Assembly: GCA_964452935.1 (NCBI GenBank)
Contig: CAYVNO010000005.1
Span: forward strand, 8,558 to 72,557
Reading direction: 5' to 3'
From: an uncultured Methanosarcinales archaeon
GTDB lineage: Archaea; Nanobdellota; Nanobdellia; Woesearchaeales; DSVV01
Length of the DNA: 64,000 nucleotides
Below the pieces are notes generated by a model. That model was not told where the DNA came from and did not search any database. It saw nothing but the letters and a program-made list of their open reading frames with translations. Below, one piece after another: positions 45,362 to 55,770 of the stretch; position 1 is the first letter of the stretch, and each line of letters opens with the position of its first letter. The position numbers and the translations under genes are program-made.

Positions 45362-46275
45362 ACATTAATTCCAAAATCTCTCTCAAACAACACTGAACCA
45401 ATACCTTTCCCTACAAAAAAGGATTTACCATAACTAATCCCCATTAATTTATCTAAAAATCCTTCTTTTTCTTTAAACACAACCTTTTCAACAGTTATAT
45501 TCAACTCAGTCTCAATATATTTTATTACGTCCTTCTCGCTCCCTAGCTCATCCACAAATCCTAAATCTTTTGCTTCTACCCCCAACATAATAAAACCATC
45601 TGCAACCTCTCTTACATTATCTTCACTTAATCCTCTATTCTCTGCAACCTCTTTGATAAACACTCCATGTATGTAATCTAACTTTTCTTGGAATAAATCT
45701 CTACCTTCCTCAGATAACTCCATAAAAGGACTTCCTAAGTCTTTATTCTCACCAGCAACCAATCTCTCATATGTCACATTATATTTATCTAATAAACCAG
45801 AGAACTGTAAATAAGAACTAATTACACCAATACTTCCTGTCAGACTCAACTCATTTGCAAAAACATAATCTGCACTAGTTGCAATCCAAAACGCTCCTGA
45901 AGCTCCTAACTCTCTAACTAACGCAACAGTTGTTTTATTTGAATCCTTAATCGCATTTGCAATCTCAGAACTTGCAACAGCACTTCCACCAGGAGAATTA
46001 ATATCAAAAACAATTGCTTTAATTGTATCATCCTCATTTGCACTCTCAATATATCTAAGTACTTCTGTTGAAGATGTTTCTGAAGTATCGAAATAGCCTC
46101 CACTAGAATCAACCATAATTGGGCCTTTTATCTCGATAAAAGCAACATTCCCCTTGCTTAAATCTTCAGATACAAAAAACAATGAGATAAATCCAGCAAT
46201 TAAAAAACTGAAAAACGCAAGAACTAATACAACAAGTATAATGGTCAACCATGATTTCTTCTCTTTTTTTACCAT
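45358..46275 (-). CDS. sppA: Signal peptide peptidase SppA (S49 family, 36K type)
   Basis: N-terminal TM, INSPGGSAVAS, and LGASGAFWIATSADYVFANELSLTGSIGV. Confidence 0.85.
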   Translation of the reverse strand: MVKKEKKSWLTIILVVLVLAFFSFLIAGFISLFFVSEDLSKGNVAFIEIKGPIMVDSSGGYFDTSETSSTEVLRYIESANEDDTIKAIVFDINSPGGSAVASSEIANAIKDSNKTTVALVRELGASGAFWIATSADYVFANELSLTGSIGVISSYLQFSGLLDKYNVTYERLVAGENKDLGSPFMELSEEGRDLFQEKLDYIHGVFIKEVAENRGLSEDNVREVADGFIMLGVEAKDLGFVDELGSEKDVIKYIETELNITVEKVVFKEKEGFLDKLMGISYGKSFFVGKGIGSVLFERDFGINV

Positions 46276-46276
46276 C

Positions 46277-46780
46277 TTAAATCCTCCATGCTAACGATTT
46301 TTGAACTGTTTTTGTTTTAGATAATATCTCCATTAATCTTTGTCCTTTCCAGAACATGTAAATCGGATCGATAATCCATAATATTACAAAAGGAAAAAAT
46401 GGAATCAACTCAATATTCCTAACAACACACTGCCAAAGTTTAATTTTTCCATTCAAACTCTCAACATATAATCCTAATATTTTTTTCCCTATTGTCTGTC
46501 CAACTAAATAATCAAGTAATATAAAATACAACAAAGCAAGAATAACAATTGAAATCGAAACAATATTTATAACACTAGAAATATCACGATTTTGCTGTAA
46601 AAAAACTAACGCATTAGAAAACCCTCCTTCTACAGGAATCAAACTGTTTAACACCCTATTAAACGGCCCTAACACTACAATACTCAAAACAACTAAATCA
46701 ATAACTAACGCTAGCACCCTTTTCAATGGAGAAGCATAGCTATTCATTAATTTAAGTCTAGGTACACCTCTCTTTTTCAT
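46277..46780 (-). CDS. RDD-family membrane protein
   Basis: LKRVLALVIDLVV, GQTIGKKILGLYV and QRLMEILSKTKTV. Confidence 0.7.
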   Translation of the reverse strand: MKKRGVPRLKLMNSYASPLKRVLALVIDLVVLSIVVLGPFNRVLNSLIPVEGGFSNALVFLQQNRDISSVINIVSISIVILALLYFILLDYLVGQTIGKKILGLYVESLNGKIKLWQCVVRNIELIPFFPFVILWIIDPIYMFWKGQRLMEILSKTKTVQKSLAWRI

Positions 46781-46868
46781 ACACTAAATTATATAATAAT
46801 ACATTTATAAAGTTTGCTGTGAAATACACCCAAAACATTTATAAATTAAGTATGATTATTTCACAAAT

Positions 46869-47213
46869 ATGTCTAAAAAGAAAGTTGAACAAGCAAAACA
46901 AGAACAAGAACAACTTGAAATAAGAAGAACTAGACTTCCTAGGGGAAGAGAAACATTCGGTATTCTAGAGCAAAGATTAGGCGGAAGTAGAAGTAGAGTA
47001 AAATGCTTGGATGGAAAAACAAGAATATGCAGAATTCCAGGAAGACTAAAGAGAAGACTATGGGTAAGGATGGGAGACATATTATTAGTAGAACCTTGGG
47101 AACAAGGCGGAGATGAAAAAGGAGACATCATCTTCAAATACAGACCAACACAAGTACATTTCTTAAAGAAAAAAGGTTATCTGAAGAGTTTAGATGAGTT
47201 CGAAGAGTTCTGA
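46869..47213 (+). CDS. aif1A: Translation initiation factor 1A
   Basis: [49 protein letters not shown]. Confidence 0.9.
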   Translation: MSKKKVEQAKQEQEQLEIRRTRLPRGRETFGILEQRLGGSRSRVKCLDGKTRICRIPGRLKRRLWVRMGDILLVEPWEQGGDEKGDIIFKYRPTQVHFLKKKGYLKSLDEFEEF

Positions 47214-47415
47214 ATCAACATTAACTACAATAACACTGCTACCAAGCGAAGTCCGAGAAATAAGAAGTAAACTTATTATAATTACTAGACTTATTCTACT
47301 AAAATTATAGACACGTAGCGTAGCAGTGTTACATAAGACACTAATGCCAAACAAAGCTAACACTAAATTCCAAAAATCATAAAAAGAAAAAAAGGTTAAT
47401 AAATAAATAAAAAAT

Positions 47416-49308
47416 TTATTTTCTAGCAAACAAAGCTACTAACAATAGTACAACAATTAAAAACACTATTGCACAAAGTCCACCAATCAAATAAACCATA
47501 AAGTCATCTTCTGTATCATCACTAACAGTTGCTGTTGGTGTATAACTTGTTGGTGTTGCACTTGATGTTAACACTTCAACTTCCTCCCCAGGTGTTGAAC
47601 TTGTAGTTGTAGTTGTTTCACTTGTGTAAGTTGTGTATGGAACTTCTGAAGTGCTTGTAGTAGATGAACTCATCTCACCTGAACTTATGTAGTCAAGTAA
47701 TTCATCAATGTCATCAAACAAATCATCAATATCATCTTGATAATCTTCGATGTCATCTTCTAAATCATCTGTTTGTGAGTCGTCTCCGTACAAATCCATG
47801 TATGTGTCTAGATCATCTTCAATTGCTTCTAATTCGTCTTCAAGATCCTTAACTAAGTCTTCTAAATCTTCAACTTCATCTTCAAGATCTTCTAGATCAT
47901 CTTCAGCATCATCTTGATCATCTTCGTCACCATTGTCATAGTCATCCCAGTACTCTTCTGCTTCTTCCCAAAAGTCATCCATATCATCTTCGTAATCTTC
48001 AATCAAATCTTTGACATCATCAAGACTATTTTCTAAGACTTCAAGTTCTGAAAGTGACTCTACGGTTAAAGTAAACTCTTCTGTGTCAACTCCACCGTTT
48101 GCATCATCTGCTGTAACAGTTACAGTGTAAACACCTTCAACTGCTGAACTCATTGAGATATCAAATGTGTTATCTCCATCATCTGTAAATGTAAAATCAG
48201 ATGTAACATCAACACTATCTGCATTCAGAACTGATATACTGAACGATACAACATCTCCGTCTGCATCAGTTGCACTTCCTGATAATGAGAAATCACTTCC
48301 AACATCAACATTTTGATCTGCAATCTCAGTTATTACTGGAACATTGTTTGTGCTTGCTGCACTTACAGTTAATACAAACTCTTCTGTATCTGTGTATTCA
48401 CCATCATCTGCTGTAACAGTTACAGTGTAAACACCTTCAACTGCTGTGTAATCAATTGTAAATGTATTATCTCCATTATCTGTTAATGTGAAATCAGCTG
48501 AAACATCATTACTATCAGCATCTACAACTGATAAAGTAAATGTAACAACATCATCATCTGTTGCATCTCCTGTTAAACTGAAAGCATCTCCTTCAGTTGC
48601 AGTTTGATCTGCAATCTCAGTTATTACTGGAGCATTGTTTTCAGTAACAGTAATTGTAAATTCTTGTGTTACAACATTTCCATCGTTATCTTCTACTTCA
48701 ACAACAACATCAAAATCTCCTAATTCTGTTGGTGTCCATTGGATTAAACCTTCAGAATCCATTGTCATATCTGTAGGATATGTTGAAAGAGAATATACTA
48801 ATGATAATCCATCATTTCCATCTAAATCAAGCGCATTAACATCATATTCATATGTTTCTCCTAATAGAACTGATGTAACTGCTTCTGTGGTTATATAAGG
48901 ATTTGTATCATCGAATAACGGATTAAATACTGGTTCTGCAACTATAAATCCACCTTCTACAGTTAGTGTAAATTCATGAGTCACACAATCTTCATCATCC
49001 ATATCATAATAAAACTCACATGCTGTTAGCTCAATATCAAATGAATCTCCATTTTGATCAACACTTGGAGTCCATTCCAATGTAGCTGAATTTCCATCAT
49101 CATTTGGAACTTGTGACATAGACATACCATCTGGGACCCCAACTATAGTTAATAATACTGGTCCATCAAATTCTACATCAATTAATGCATTGTACTCTTC
49201 CCCTACTTCTACTGTTTCATCTGATGGAAAAACAGAGAATTCAGGTGCAGCCATTACACTAAAAACTAGCATAAGTGCCATTAAAATATATATAAACGCC
49301 TTTTTCAT
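47416..49308 (-). CDS. Surface protein with cadherin/Ig-like repeats, acidic stalk, Ser/Thr linker and C-terminal TM anchor
   Basis: Signal peptide MKKAFIYILMALMLVFSVMA. About 100-aa repeats (NAPVITEIADQTA...VEGVYTVTVTADD), a D/E-rich coiled segment, a T/S-rich stretch, and the C-terminal TM plus RK. Confidence 0.8.
   Translation of the reverse strand: MKKAFIYILMALMLVFSVMAAPEFSVFPSDETVEVGEEYNALIDVEFDGPVLLTIVGVPDGMSMSQVPNDDGNSATLEWTPSVDQNGDSFDIELTACEFYYDMDDEDCVTHEFTLTVEGGFIVAEPVFNPLFDDTNPYITTEAVTSVLLGETYEYDVNALDLDGNDGLSLVYSLSTYPTDMTMDSEGLIQWTPTELGDFDVVVEVEDNDGNVVTQEFTITVTENNAPVITEIADQTATEGDAFSLTGDATDDDVVTFTLSVVDADSNDVSADFTLTDNGDNTFTIDYTAVEGVYTVTVTADDGEYTDTEEFVLTVSAASTNNVPVITEIADQNVDVGSDFSLSGSATDADGDVVSFSISVLNADSVDVTSDFTFTDDGDNTFDISMSSAVEGVYTVTVTADDANGGVDTEEFTLTVESLSELEVLENSLDDVKDLIEDYEDDMDDFWEEAEEYWDDYDNGDEDDQDDAEDDLEDLEDEVEDLEDLVKDLEDELEAIEDDLDTYMDLYGDDSQTDDLEDDIEDYQDDIDDLFDDIDELLDYISSGEMSSSTTSTSEVPYTTYTSETTTTTSSTPGEEVEVLTSSATPTSYTPTATVSDDTEDDFMVYLIGGLCAIVFLIVVLLLVALFARK
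48102..48446 (-). repeat. Intragenic tandem domain repeat
   Basis: An identical 45-mer, catcatctgctgtaacagttacagtgtaaacaccttcaactgctg, occurs at 48102..48146 and 48402..48446, exactly 300 nt apart. Confidence 0.9.
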
Positions 49309-49433
49309 TGTATTTACCCCCAATACATATTTATGAACTATGTGAATATTAAGTGTGGAAATGAACTACTCTATTTAAATCTTTTGCTTCTGTTGCTATT
49401 ATATAGTGAATAAAATAAAAAAAATAAGAGGAT

Positions 49434-52382
49434 TTACCTCTTAACCATTACCAAAGCCGCTAAAACAACCATTAACAGCACCAATAACCCTAAAACCACT
49501 AATAATGGTGTTTTCAAACCTGAGTATTTTGACTCAGTTGTATCAACCACTGTGCTTCCTGTTGGTGTATAATAGTATGTTGTTGGTTCTGGTTCAGTTG
49601 TTGTAGTTGTAGTTGTTGTAGGTGTCTCAACAGTCGTAGTACTTGTTTCAACAGGTTCTTCAACCGGTGTCTCAACAGGTTCTTCTACTGGAGTTTCCTC
49701 ACTACTTGGACCATCTCTGATTAAATCTAAGAGTTCATCTAATTCATTAGTCAACTTTTCAACATCATCAAAGTATTCATCAATGTCATCTTCGAAATCT
49801 TCGATATCATCTTCGTTTTCATCTGTCTCTTCAACATCATCTAACTGATCTTCAAGATCCTCAAGATCTTCTTCTAATTGTTCAACTCTTTCTTCTAGAG
49901 CATCCCATTCATCATCTTCTAGATCTTCTAGATCATCTGATGCATCGTCCATATCATCATCGTCATCTGCTGCAAAAGCTTCATTGAAATCTTCCCAATA
50001 TTCTTCTGCATCTTCTTCAACATCTTCCATTTCATCTTCAATGTCTTCAATCTCTTGTTCTATGTTCTCTAGTTCGATCTCAAGTACATCTAAAACATTT
50101 GAAACAACTAAGGTCATAACTTCAGAATCACTATCACCATAACTATCAGTTACAGTTACAGTTACTGTGTATGTACCTTCAACAGCTGCACTCCATGAAA
50201 CTAAACCATTTGCATCAACAGTCATTCCACTTGGTTCGCCACTTAATGAATAACTAAGTGTGTGCCCTTCTGGATCTGAAGCTGTAACTTGATGACTAAA
50301 AGCTTCATTGTAAACAACAGCTTGTGTACCAATTGCATCCATCACTGGTGCTTGGTTTAATGAAACTGTTAAGGTGAAATCTTCAGCTACAGCATTTCCG
50401 TAAGTATCTAAAACACCCACAGTAATTGTGTATGTTCCTTCAACAGCTACCCACTCAATTAAACCTGTTGCTGAATCAATCGTCATATCTGTTGGTTCTC
50501 CTGATAATGCGTAAGTTAACTCTTCTCCTTCTTCATCAGTTGCCACAACTTGATAACTGAATGTATCGCTAACTATTGCTGTTTGATCACCAATTGTTGT
50601 GATTACTGGAGCACTGTTCTCAACAACAGTAAGGTAGAAACTTTCATATGAAACTCCTCCATTACCGTCATCAACAGCAACTCTTGCATAATCTGTTGTA
50701 CCTAACAATGAAATATCTGGAGTCCATCCTGAAATCTCTCCTGTGGTTGAATTAATTACCATATCTGCTGGACCTAATTCCAATGAATATGTTAATTCAT
50801 CACCATCTGCATCTGTTGCTACAACTTGATATGTGAATTCCATATCAACTTTAACATCTTGATCATCTATTGTAGTAATAACTGGAGCATCATTTCCTGC
50901 TATTACAACAACCAAAAACATTTGGTGAGTTGTTCTTCCGCCATAAGCATCTTCAACAACAACTTCAAGTTCATACATATCTCCTTCTTCACTTGGATCT
51001 GGTACCCAACCTGAAACTTCTCCTGTTGTTGAATCAATTACCATTCCTGACGGAATATAATCGTCTAAACTAAATGTTAATGTGTCCTCATCTGCATCTT
51101 CTGCTTCAAAATCAAATGTAAACTCAACAGCTACTTCTGCTAATACATAATCATTTGCATCAACAGCAGGTACTGAAGTAAACACTGGTGCACTGTTTTC
51201 AACAACAGTAAACACAAATGATTCTTCAACAGAATCATAACCATCTTCTACTAAAACAGTTACATCATACTCTCCGTAATAAGGATCTGCTAACTCAATT
51301 AATCCGTTTGAATCAATTGTCATAGCAGCTGGTCCTGATGTTAACGAATAAGTTAATGTGTCATCATTACCATCTGTTGCATTTGTTTGATATGAAAATG
51401 GATGTTCAACCGCAATTGACTGGTCTTCTATTGCATCAATTGTTGGTACAATATTTGTGTAAACCTCTAAAGCAAAAGATACTTCATCTGTCCCACCAAA
51501 ACCATCATCTGCAGTAACATTCACAGTGTAGTTTCCTTCTAACGGTGATGTCCATGTAATATCAAATGTATTATCTCCGTTATTTGTTATTGTGAAATAA
51601 CTTGAATAATCAACTAAGTTTTCATCTTCAGCACTAAGACTAAATCCTACAATATCTCCTTCAGAATCACTTGCACTTCCAGAAACTGTGAATTCAACAT
51701 TTCTATCAGCTGTCTGATCTGAGATTGAACTTAAAACTGGTGCATCATTTGCTTCTACTGTTAATGTAAAACTTTCATCATCTGTTGCTGAATCATAATC
51801 ATCTGTAACAGTTACAGTTACTGTATATGTACCTTCAACTGGAGTACTATAAGTTACTGTTCCTGTTCCATCTCCATTGTCTGTTAATGTGAAATCTGAT
51901 GTTACATCAGCTAGACTTTCATCTAATACTTCTAAACTAAATGCTAACCCATCTCCATCAACATCTGAAGCACTAATATCTACTGTAAAAGCATGTCCAT
52001 CATCAGCTGTCTGATCTGCAATATCATCCATAACTGGAGCATTGTTTAGAACTTCTATTTCAAACGAAACTTCTTCAACTTCCCCTTGATCATCCTCAAC
52101 ATCAATCTCTACATCATCTGTTCCTCTATCTGACGCTTCAGTTACCCATTCAATGAGTCCTGTTGATTCATCAATTGTCATTGTAGCTGGGCCTTCATCT
52201 ATTTCATAACTTACAATACTCCCACCATCTGCATCATCATTTGCTACAACTTGGTATGAGAAAGTATCTCCTGCATATATTTCCTGATCATCAATTGCAT
52301 CAATAACCGGATCTGTAGCTACAACACTAAAAACTAATAGCATTGCCATCATTATGTACACAAAAACTTTATTCATATTCAA
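49434..52382 (-). CDS. Giant surface protein (982 aa), paralog of 47416..49308
   Basis: It has the same signal peptide type (MNKVFVYIMMAMLLVFSVVA) and about 8 Ig/cadherin-like repeats (APVxxxIxDQ...VEGTYTVTVTVTD). It also has an acidic stalk, a PVEEPVET/T-rich linker and a C-terminal TM plus KR. Confidence 0.8.
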   Translation of the reverse strand: MNMNKVFVYIMMAMLLVFSVVATDPVIDAIDDQEIYAGDTFSYQVVANDDADGGSIVSYEIDEGPATMTIDESTGLIEWVTEASDRGTDDVEIDVEDDQGEVEEVSFEIEVLNNAPVMDDIADQTADDGHAFTVDISASDVDGDGLAFSLEVLDESLADVTSDFTLTDNGDGTGTVTYSTPVEGTYTVTVTVTDDYDSATDDESFTLTVEANDAPVLSSISDQTADRNVEFTVSGSASDSEGDIVGFSLSAEDENLVDYSSYFTITNNGDNTFDITWTSPLEGNYTVNVTADDGFGGTDEVSFALEVYTNIVPTIDAIEDQSIAVEHPFSYQTNATDGNDDTLTYSLTSGPAAMTIDSNGLIELADPYYGEYDVTVLVEDGYDSVEESFVFTVVENSAPVFTSVPAVDANDYVLAEVAVEFTFDFEAEDADEDTLTFSLDDYIPSGMVIDSTTGEVSGWVPDPSEEGDMYELEVVVEDAYGGRTTHQMFLVVVIAGNDAPVITTIDDQDVKVDMEFTYQVVATDADGDELTYSLELGPADMVINSTTGEISGWTPDISLLGTTDYARVAVDDGNGGVSYESFYLTVVENSAPVITTIGDQTAIVSDTFSYQVVATDEEGEELTYALSGEPTDMTIDSATGLIEWVAVEGTYTITVGVLDTYGNAVAEDFTLTVSLNQAPVMDAIGTQAVVYNEAFSHQVTASDPEGHTLSYSLSGEPSGMTVDANGLVSWSAAVEGTYTVTVTVTDSYGDSDSEVMTLVVSNVLDVLEIELENIEQEIEDIEDEMEDVEEDAEEYWEDFNEAFAADDDDDMDDASDDLEDLEDDEWDALEERVEQLEEDLEDLEDQLDDVEETDENEDDIEDFEDDIDEYFDDVEKLTNELDELLDLIRDGPSSEETPVEEPVETPVEEPVETSTTTVETPTTTTTTTTEPEPTTYYYTPTGSTVVDTTESKYSGLKTPLLVVLGLLVLLMVVLAALVMVKR

Positions 52383-52637
52383 TCCCCCCGATTGTTTTTT
52401 ATTTTTAATATAACAGTATAATATACGGAAACCATATATCTAATTTTTCAATCAACTGTTTCAACCATAGTATATACTACAGTTTAGACGTAGAAATATA
52501 CCATTATATATAAATGTTATGATAGTTTCACTATTCCCAAGTAGAAAAGAAAAACACACACCTCTCCCAAAAAGCCACCATAAAGTGGTAACAAAACCAA
52601 AAGATATATAAACAGGTGTTTGATCCGTATATGAAAG

Positions 52638-54197
52638 ATGACTTTTCCAACACTAGAACAACTAGCAGAAACAGAAGGCCCAATAGATATTTCTGAATAC
52701 GGCCTTAAAACAGAAGGTTTGATAGAACTAATCAGTGCAATCCCTTTCTTTAGAGAAAGTGAACTATATAATATTGAATATGAAGTTCCTCCTGGATTTG
52801 TTGTTCAAAAAAGTGCAGACCTAACAGATATCACAGAATTAAGAGAATCATATTTTGAATTAGTTAAAGATGAAACAGATTATTGTGTAATTCTGGCAAG
52901 AAGTTCTCATGAAGATGAAGAACCAGGAGAATTTGAAACAATTCCTGTTCTATATGATCCATCAAAACCAGAAGAAAGCTTTGAAAGATTTGTCGAGGCA
53001 GTTAAAACAGTGAGGACCTTTCCTTCAAAATATAATGCAGAAATTGACCCGCAAAAAGCTGTCATTGCTCAAAAGATGTTTGGTGAAGTTGAAGATGTCA
53101 AGGTCAGAACTGATCAAGGAGAGGTAGAAAAAAGAAAAGTAATTGGAGCTACTAATACTGGTTTAACTTGTTTGTCTCATTCTAGAGATAATCCAAAAGA
53201 TGGCGTTATCAACGCCTGCCTTGGACTTACATCAAAATTAGTTAAGAATCCAGATGAGATTAGTATTGTTTATTTTCGTTTAGGTGAATATGAATTTGAA
53301 GGAACTCCTTATCTTTCTGGTCAGATCTCTCCTCCAAAAAATACTGGAAATGATTATACTAACGATAGCGGAATATATGTTCAAGAAGAAGTTGAAGTTT
53401 TTGACATAGAAACTAAACGAATTGTGCCTGTGCATTTGGTAAATAGGAGAATGACTGATTTTCACGATGGGTCAAGTACACCAGCAGGATTGGCTTGGAA
53501 TGGATTTACAATTGCAAAAATAGCATATCATCTCTCTAAAAAACTTAAAGGTTTAAAAGTGGAACTTGAAGCAGCTTCTAATTTTTTGCCTTCTTCTAGA
53601 GGAGGAAGATTATCCATATTTCAGTTAACGTATCTCCCTATTCTTGAAGATGTTATTACAGAAATATCTGAAGTTCCTGAAGAAAGAATTGTTGTTAACA
53701 AAGAAGGATTTAATATGGGATCCATGAATTTCTCAGGTGACATAATATTGTACAATGGCCTATCTACCTCAGATGGATCTGGAGAAGTTGAAGTTAAAAT
53801 TAGGGAATATGATTCTCTAGAAAAATCATTTCTTTTTGTAACAGATAGTTTTAGAGACGATCTATTAGATGATGCTTCTGGAAATAATTATATTATTTTA
53901 GGCAAAAGTGAATTTGTTGCTACCGATTTAGGTTATCATGGAGATGTAATCAGCAATAGGTCTCTTCATATCATTGGTGCAATAGAATCACAATTACACA
54001 AAAGAACAGTAATAGGAGATGATAATGCTTGTTTTATAGATGGTTCATTAGACGATGTTTTCTCTGCTCTAACAGAAAGAGACTTTGGAGCATACTCAGA
54101 TAGAGTTGATATAGATGAAGAACATCAAATAGCAGTCCTAAAAGATGTAACAGTAGAAGCAGTAGGAGGACAATATCAAATTTACTTTAATGAATAA
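52638..54197 (+). CDS. PEP/pyruvate-binding (PPDK_N, ATP-grasp)-like protein, function unknown
   Basis: YGLKTEGLIEL...EVPPGFVV and VILARSSHEDEEPGEFETI resemble the GGKxxxLxEL...VPxGFxI and VRSSxxxED...FAG segments of PEP synthase N-domains. Confidence 0.55.
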   Translation: MTFPTLEQLAETEGPIDISEYGLKTEGLIELISAIPFFRESELYNIEYEVPPGFVVQKSADLTDITELRESYFELVKDETDYCVILARSSHEDEEPGEFETIPVLYDPSKPEESFERFVEAVKTVRTFPSKYNAEIDPQKAVIAQKMFGEVEDVKVRTDQGEVEKRKVIGATNTGLTCLSHSRDNPKDGVINACLGLTSKLVKNPDEISIVYFRLGEYEFEGTPYLSGQISPPKNTGNDYTNDSGIYVQEEVEVFDIETKRIVPVHLVNRRMTDFHDGSSTPAGLAWNGFTIAKIAYHLSKKLKGLKVELEAASNFLPSSRGGRLSIFQLTYLPILEDVITEISEVPEERIVVNKEGFNMGSMNFSGDIILYNGLSTSDGSGEVEVKIREYDSLEKSFLFVTDSFRDDLLDDASGNNYIILGKSEFVATDLGYHGDVISNRSLHIIGAIESQLHKRTVIGDDNACFIDGSLDDVFSALTERDFGAYSDRVDIDEEHQIAVLKDVTVEAVGGQYQIYFNE

Positions 54198-54936
54198 AAT
54201 GACAAACTTCCAAGCAAACCTAAGCACAGCTTACAGAAGAATTGAAGAATTACTATCATCTCACAGAGAACATTATAGAGAATTATTAGAAGAACATCCC
54301 GAATTGACAAATAGACTTTCACCAATAATTCCTCCAGAAGATTGGCAACCAAGTTATAAGGGTAAAAGAAGAGGACAATTACCTTCTCGTATGGTCCTAT
54401 CTCTGGGTGAAGGATATGCTGTTAAAATTAGAGTTACTAAAGGAAGAGGAATTACTTATTTAAACACAAGATTATTACTTAATACAAATCAAATATCAAT
54501 CGAAGAAGATAATGTTAAACAATTAAGAAGACACGGATTCACAAAAGATAAAGGATTCTGGGTTCCTGATCATAAAGTAGTGGGAGTTAATATTGAAGAT
54601 GGTTTAATAAATGTTGATGAAGATAAATACGGATTGACTATAACAGAAGACCTAACAGAAGATGGAGAATACACAGTAACAGATATTGATCCTACTTATT
54701 TTTCAACTCTAGAAAATGCTCAAGAATTCTGGGATGATTATCTAAGACATATGGGTGCTCTTTTAGCATTATGTTATGATCCTGCTATTAATGCAACAAT
54801 CAATAGGCATGAAAGGATTACAGGCAATCCAATTATTCCAATACATAGAACGCTTCTAGCTAGAATCAAAGACAACAGAGGAGAGATTGTTATTGGAGAT
54901 CTTGATAACATTGTCTTTGATGAAATTGAAGAATAA
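54190..54936 (+). CDS. Hypothetical protein coupled to the ATP-grasp-like gene
   Basis: 248-aa ORF that overlaps the upstream gene by 8 nt. Confidence 0.55.
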   Translation: MNKMTNFQANLSTAYRRIEELLSSHREHYRELLEEHPELTNRLSPIIPPEDWQPSYKGKRRGQLPSRMVLSLGEGYAVKIRVTKGRGITYLNTRLLLNTNQISIEEDNVKQLRRHGFTKDKGFWVPDHKVVGVNIEDGLINVDEDKYGLTITEDLTEDGEYTVTDIDPTYFSTLENAQEFWDDYLRHMGALLALCYDPAINATINRHERITGNPIIPIHRTLLARIKDNRGEIVIGDLDNIVFDEIEE

Positions 54937-55005
54937 AACAGATTAATCTTAAACTTTATATATCACTCCAACATCCGTTTTCTCAATATTCAAAAAGGTG
55001 ATACA

Positions 55006-55770
55006 ATGGTAAAGATTGGAATAATTGGTGGATCTGGTTTAGATGATCCAAAAATTCTACAAGATGCACAAGAAAAAATAGTTGAAACTCCTTTTGGAGC
55101 ACCAAGTTCTCCCTTGACACTGGGAAAGATAGAAAACATTGATGTCATATTAATTGCAAGGCATGGAAAAAAACATCAATATCCTCCAACAAAAGTTAAT
55201 TACAGAGCAAATATTCACGCACTAAAAGAAGAGGGATGCACACACATAATTGCAACAACAGCTGTCGGAAGTTTAAAATTAGAAATAGAAAGGGGAGACT
55301 TCATCATCATAGACCAATTTATAGATTTTACAAAACATAGAAATACTACATTTCATGATGTCTTTGAAAATGGAGCAGTTCATACACCAATGGCAGAACC
55401 ATTTGATAAAGATTTAAGAACACTACTAACAACAACATGCCAAGAACTTAATCTAAAACACCATAACAAAGGAACAGTTGTGACAATAGAGGGTCCAAGA
55501 TTCTCAACAAAAGCAGAAAGTCACATGTTTAGAGCATGGGGTGCAGATATTATTAATATGTCAATTGCATCAGAAGCAATCCTAGCAAACGAAGCTGGCA
55601 TACCTTATGCGGCAGTTGCAATGTCAACAGATTACGATTGCTGGAAAACGGATGAAGAACCAGTAAGTTGGGATGAAATACTAAAAGTATTTGGTGAAAA
55701 TGTTAGCAAGGTTATAAAATTGTTAACTACAGTAATTCCCAAAATTGGAGGTAATAACAATGTCAATTAA
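55006..55770 (+). CDS. mtnP: S-methyl-5'-thioadenosine phosphorylase (PNP family)
   Basis: [34 protein letters not shown], and ATTAVGSL. Confidence 0.85.
   Translation: MVKIGIIGGSGLDDPKILQDAQEKIVETPFGAPSSPLTLGKIENIDVILIARHGKKHQYPPTKVNYRANIHALKEEGCTHIIATTAVGSLKLEIERGDFIIIDQFIDFTKHRNTTFHDVFENGAVHTPMAEPFDKDLRTLLTTTCQELNLKHHNKGTVVTIEGPRFSTKAESHMFRAWGADIINMSIASEAILANEAGIPYAAVAMSTDYDCWKTDEEPVSWDEILKVFGENVSKVIKLLTTVIPKIGGNNNVN

Noticed and set aside
47190-47429. 79-aa hydrophobic ORF between aIF1A and the adhesin gene.
   Set aside because: It overlaps the ends of both convergent genes and spans the inverted-repeat spacer, so it is probably not coding.
47416-52382. Periodic repeats that could be mistaken for a CRISPR array or satellite.
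   Set aside because: The repeats have about a 300-nt period, lie inside long uninterrupted ORFs and encode Ig/cadherin-like domains. There is no short repeat/spacer structure and no cas genes.
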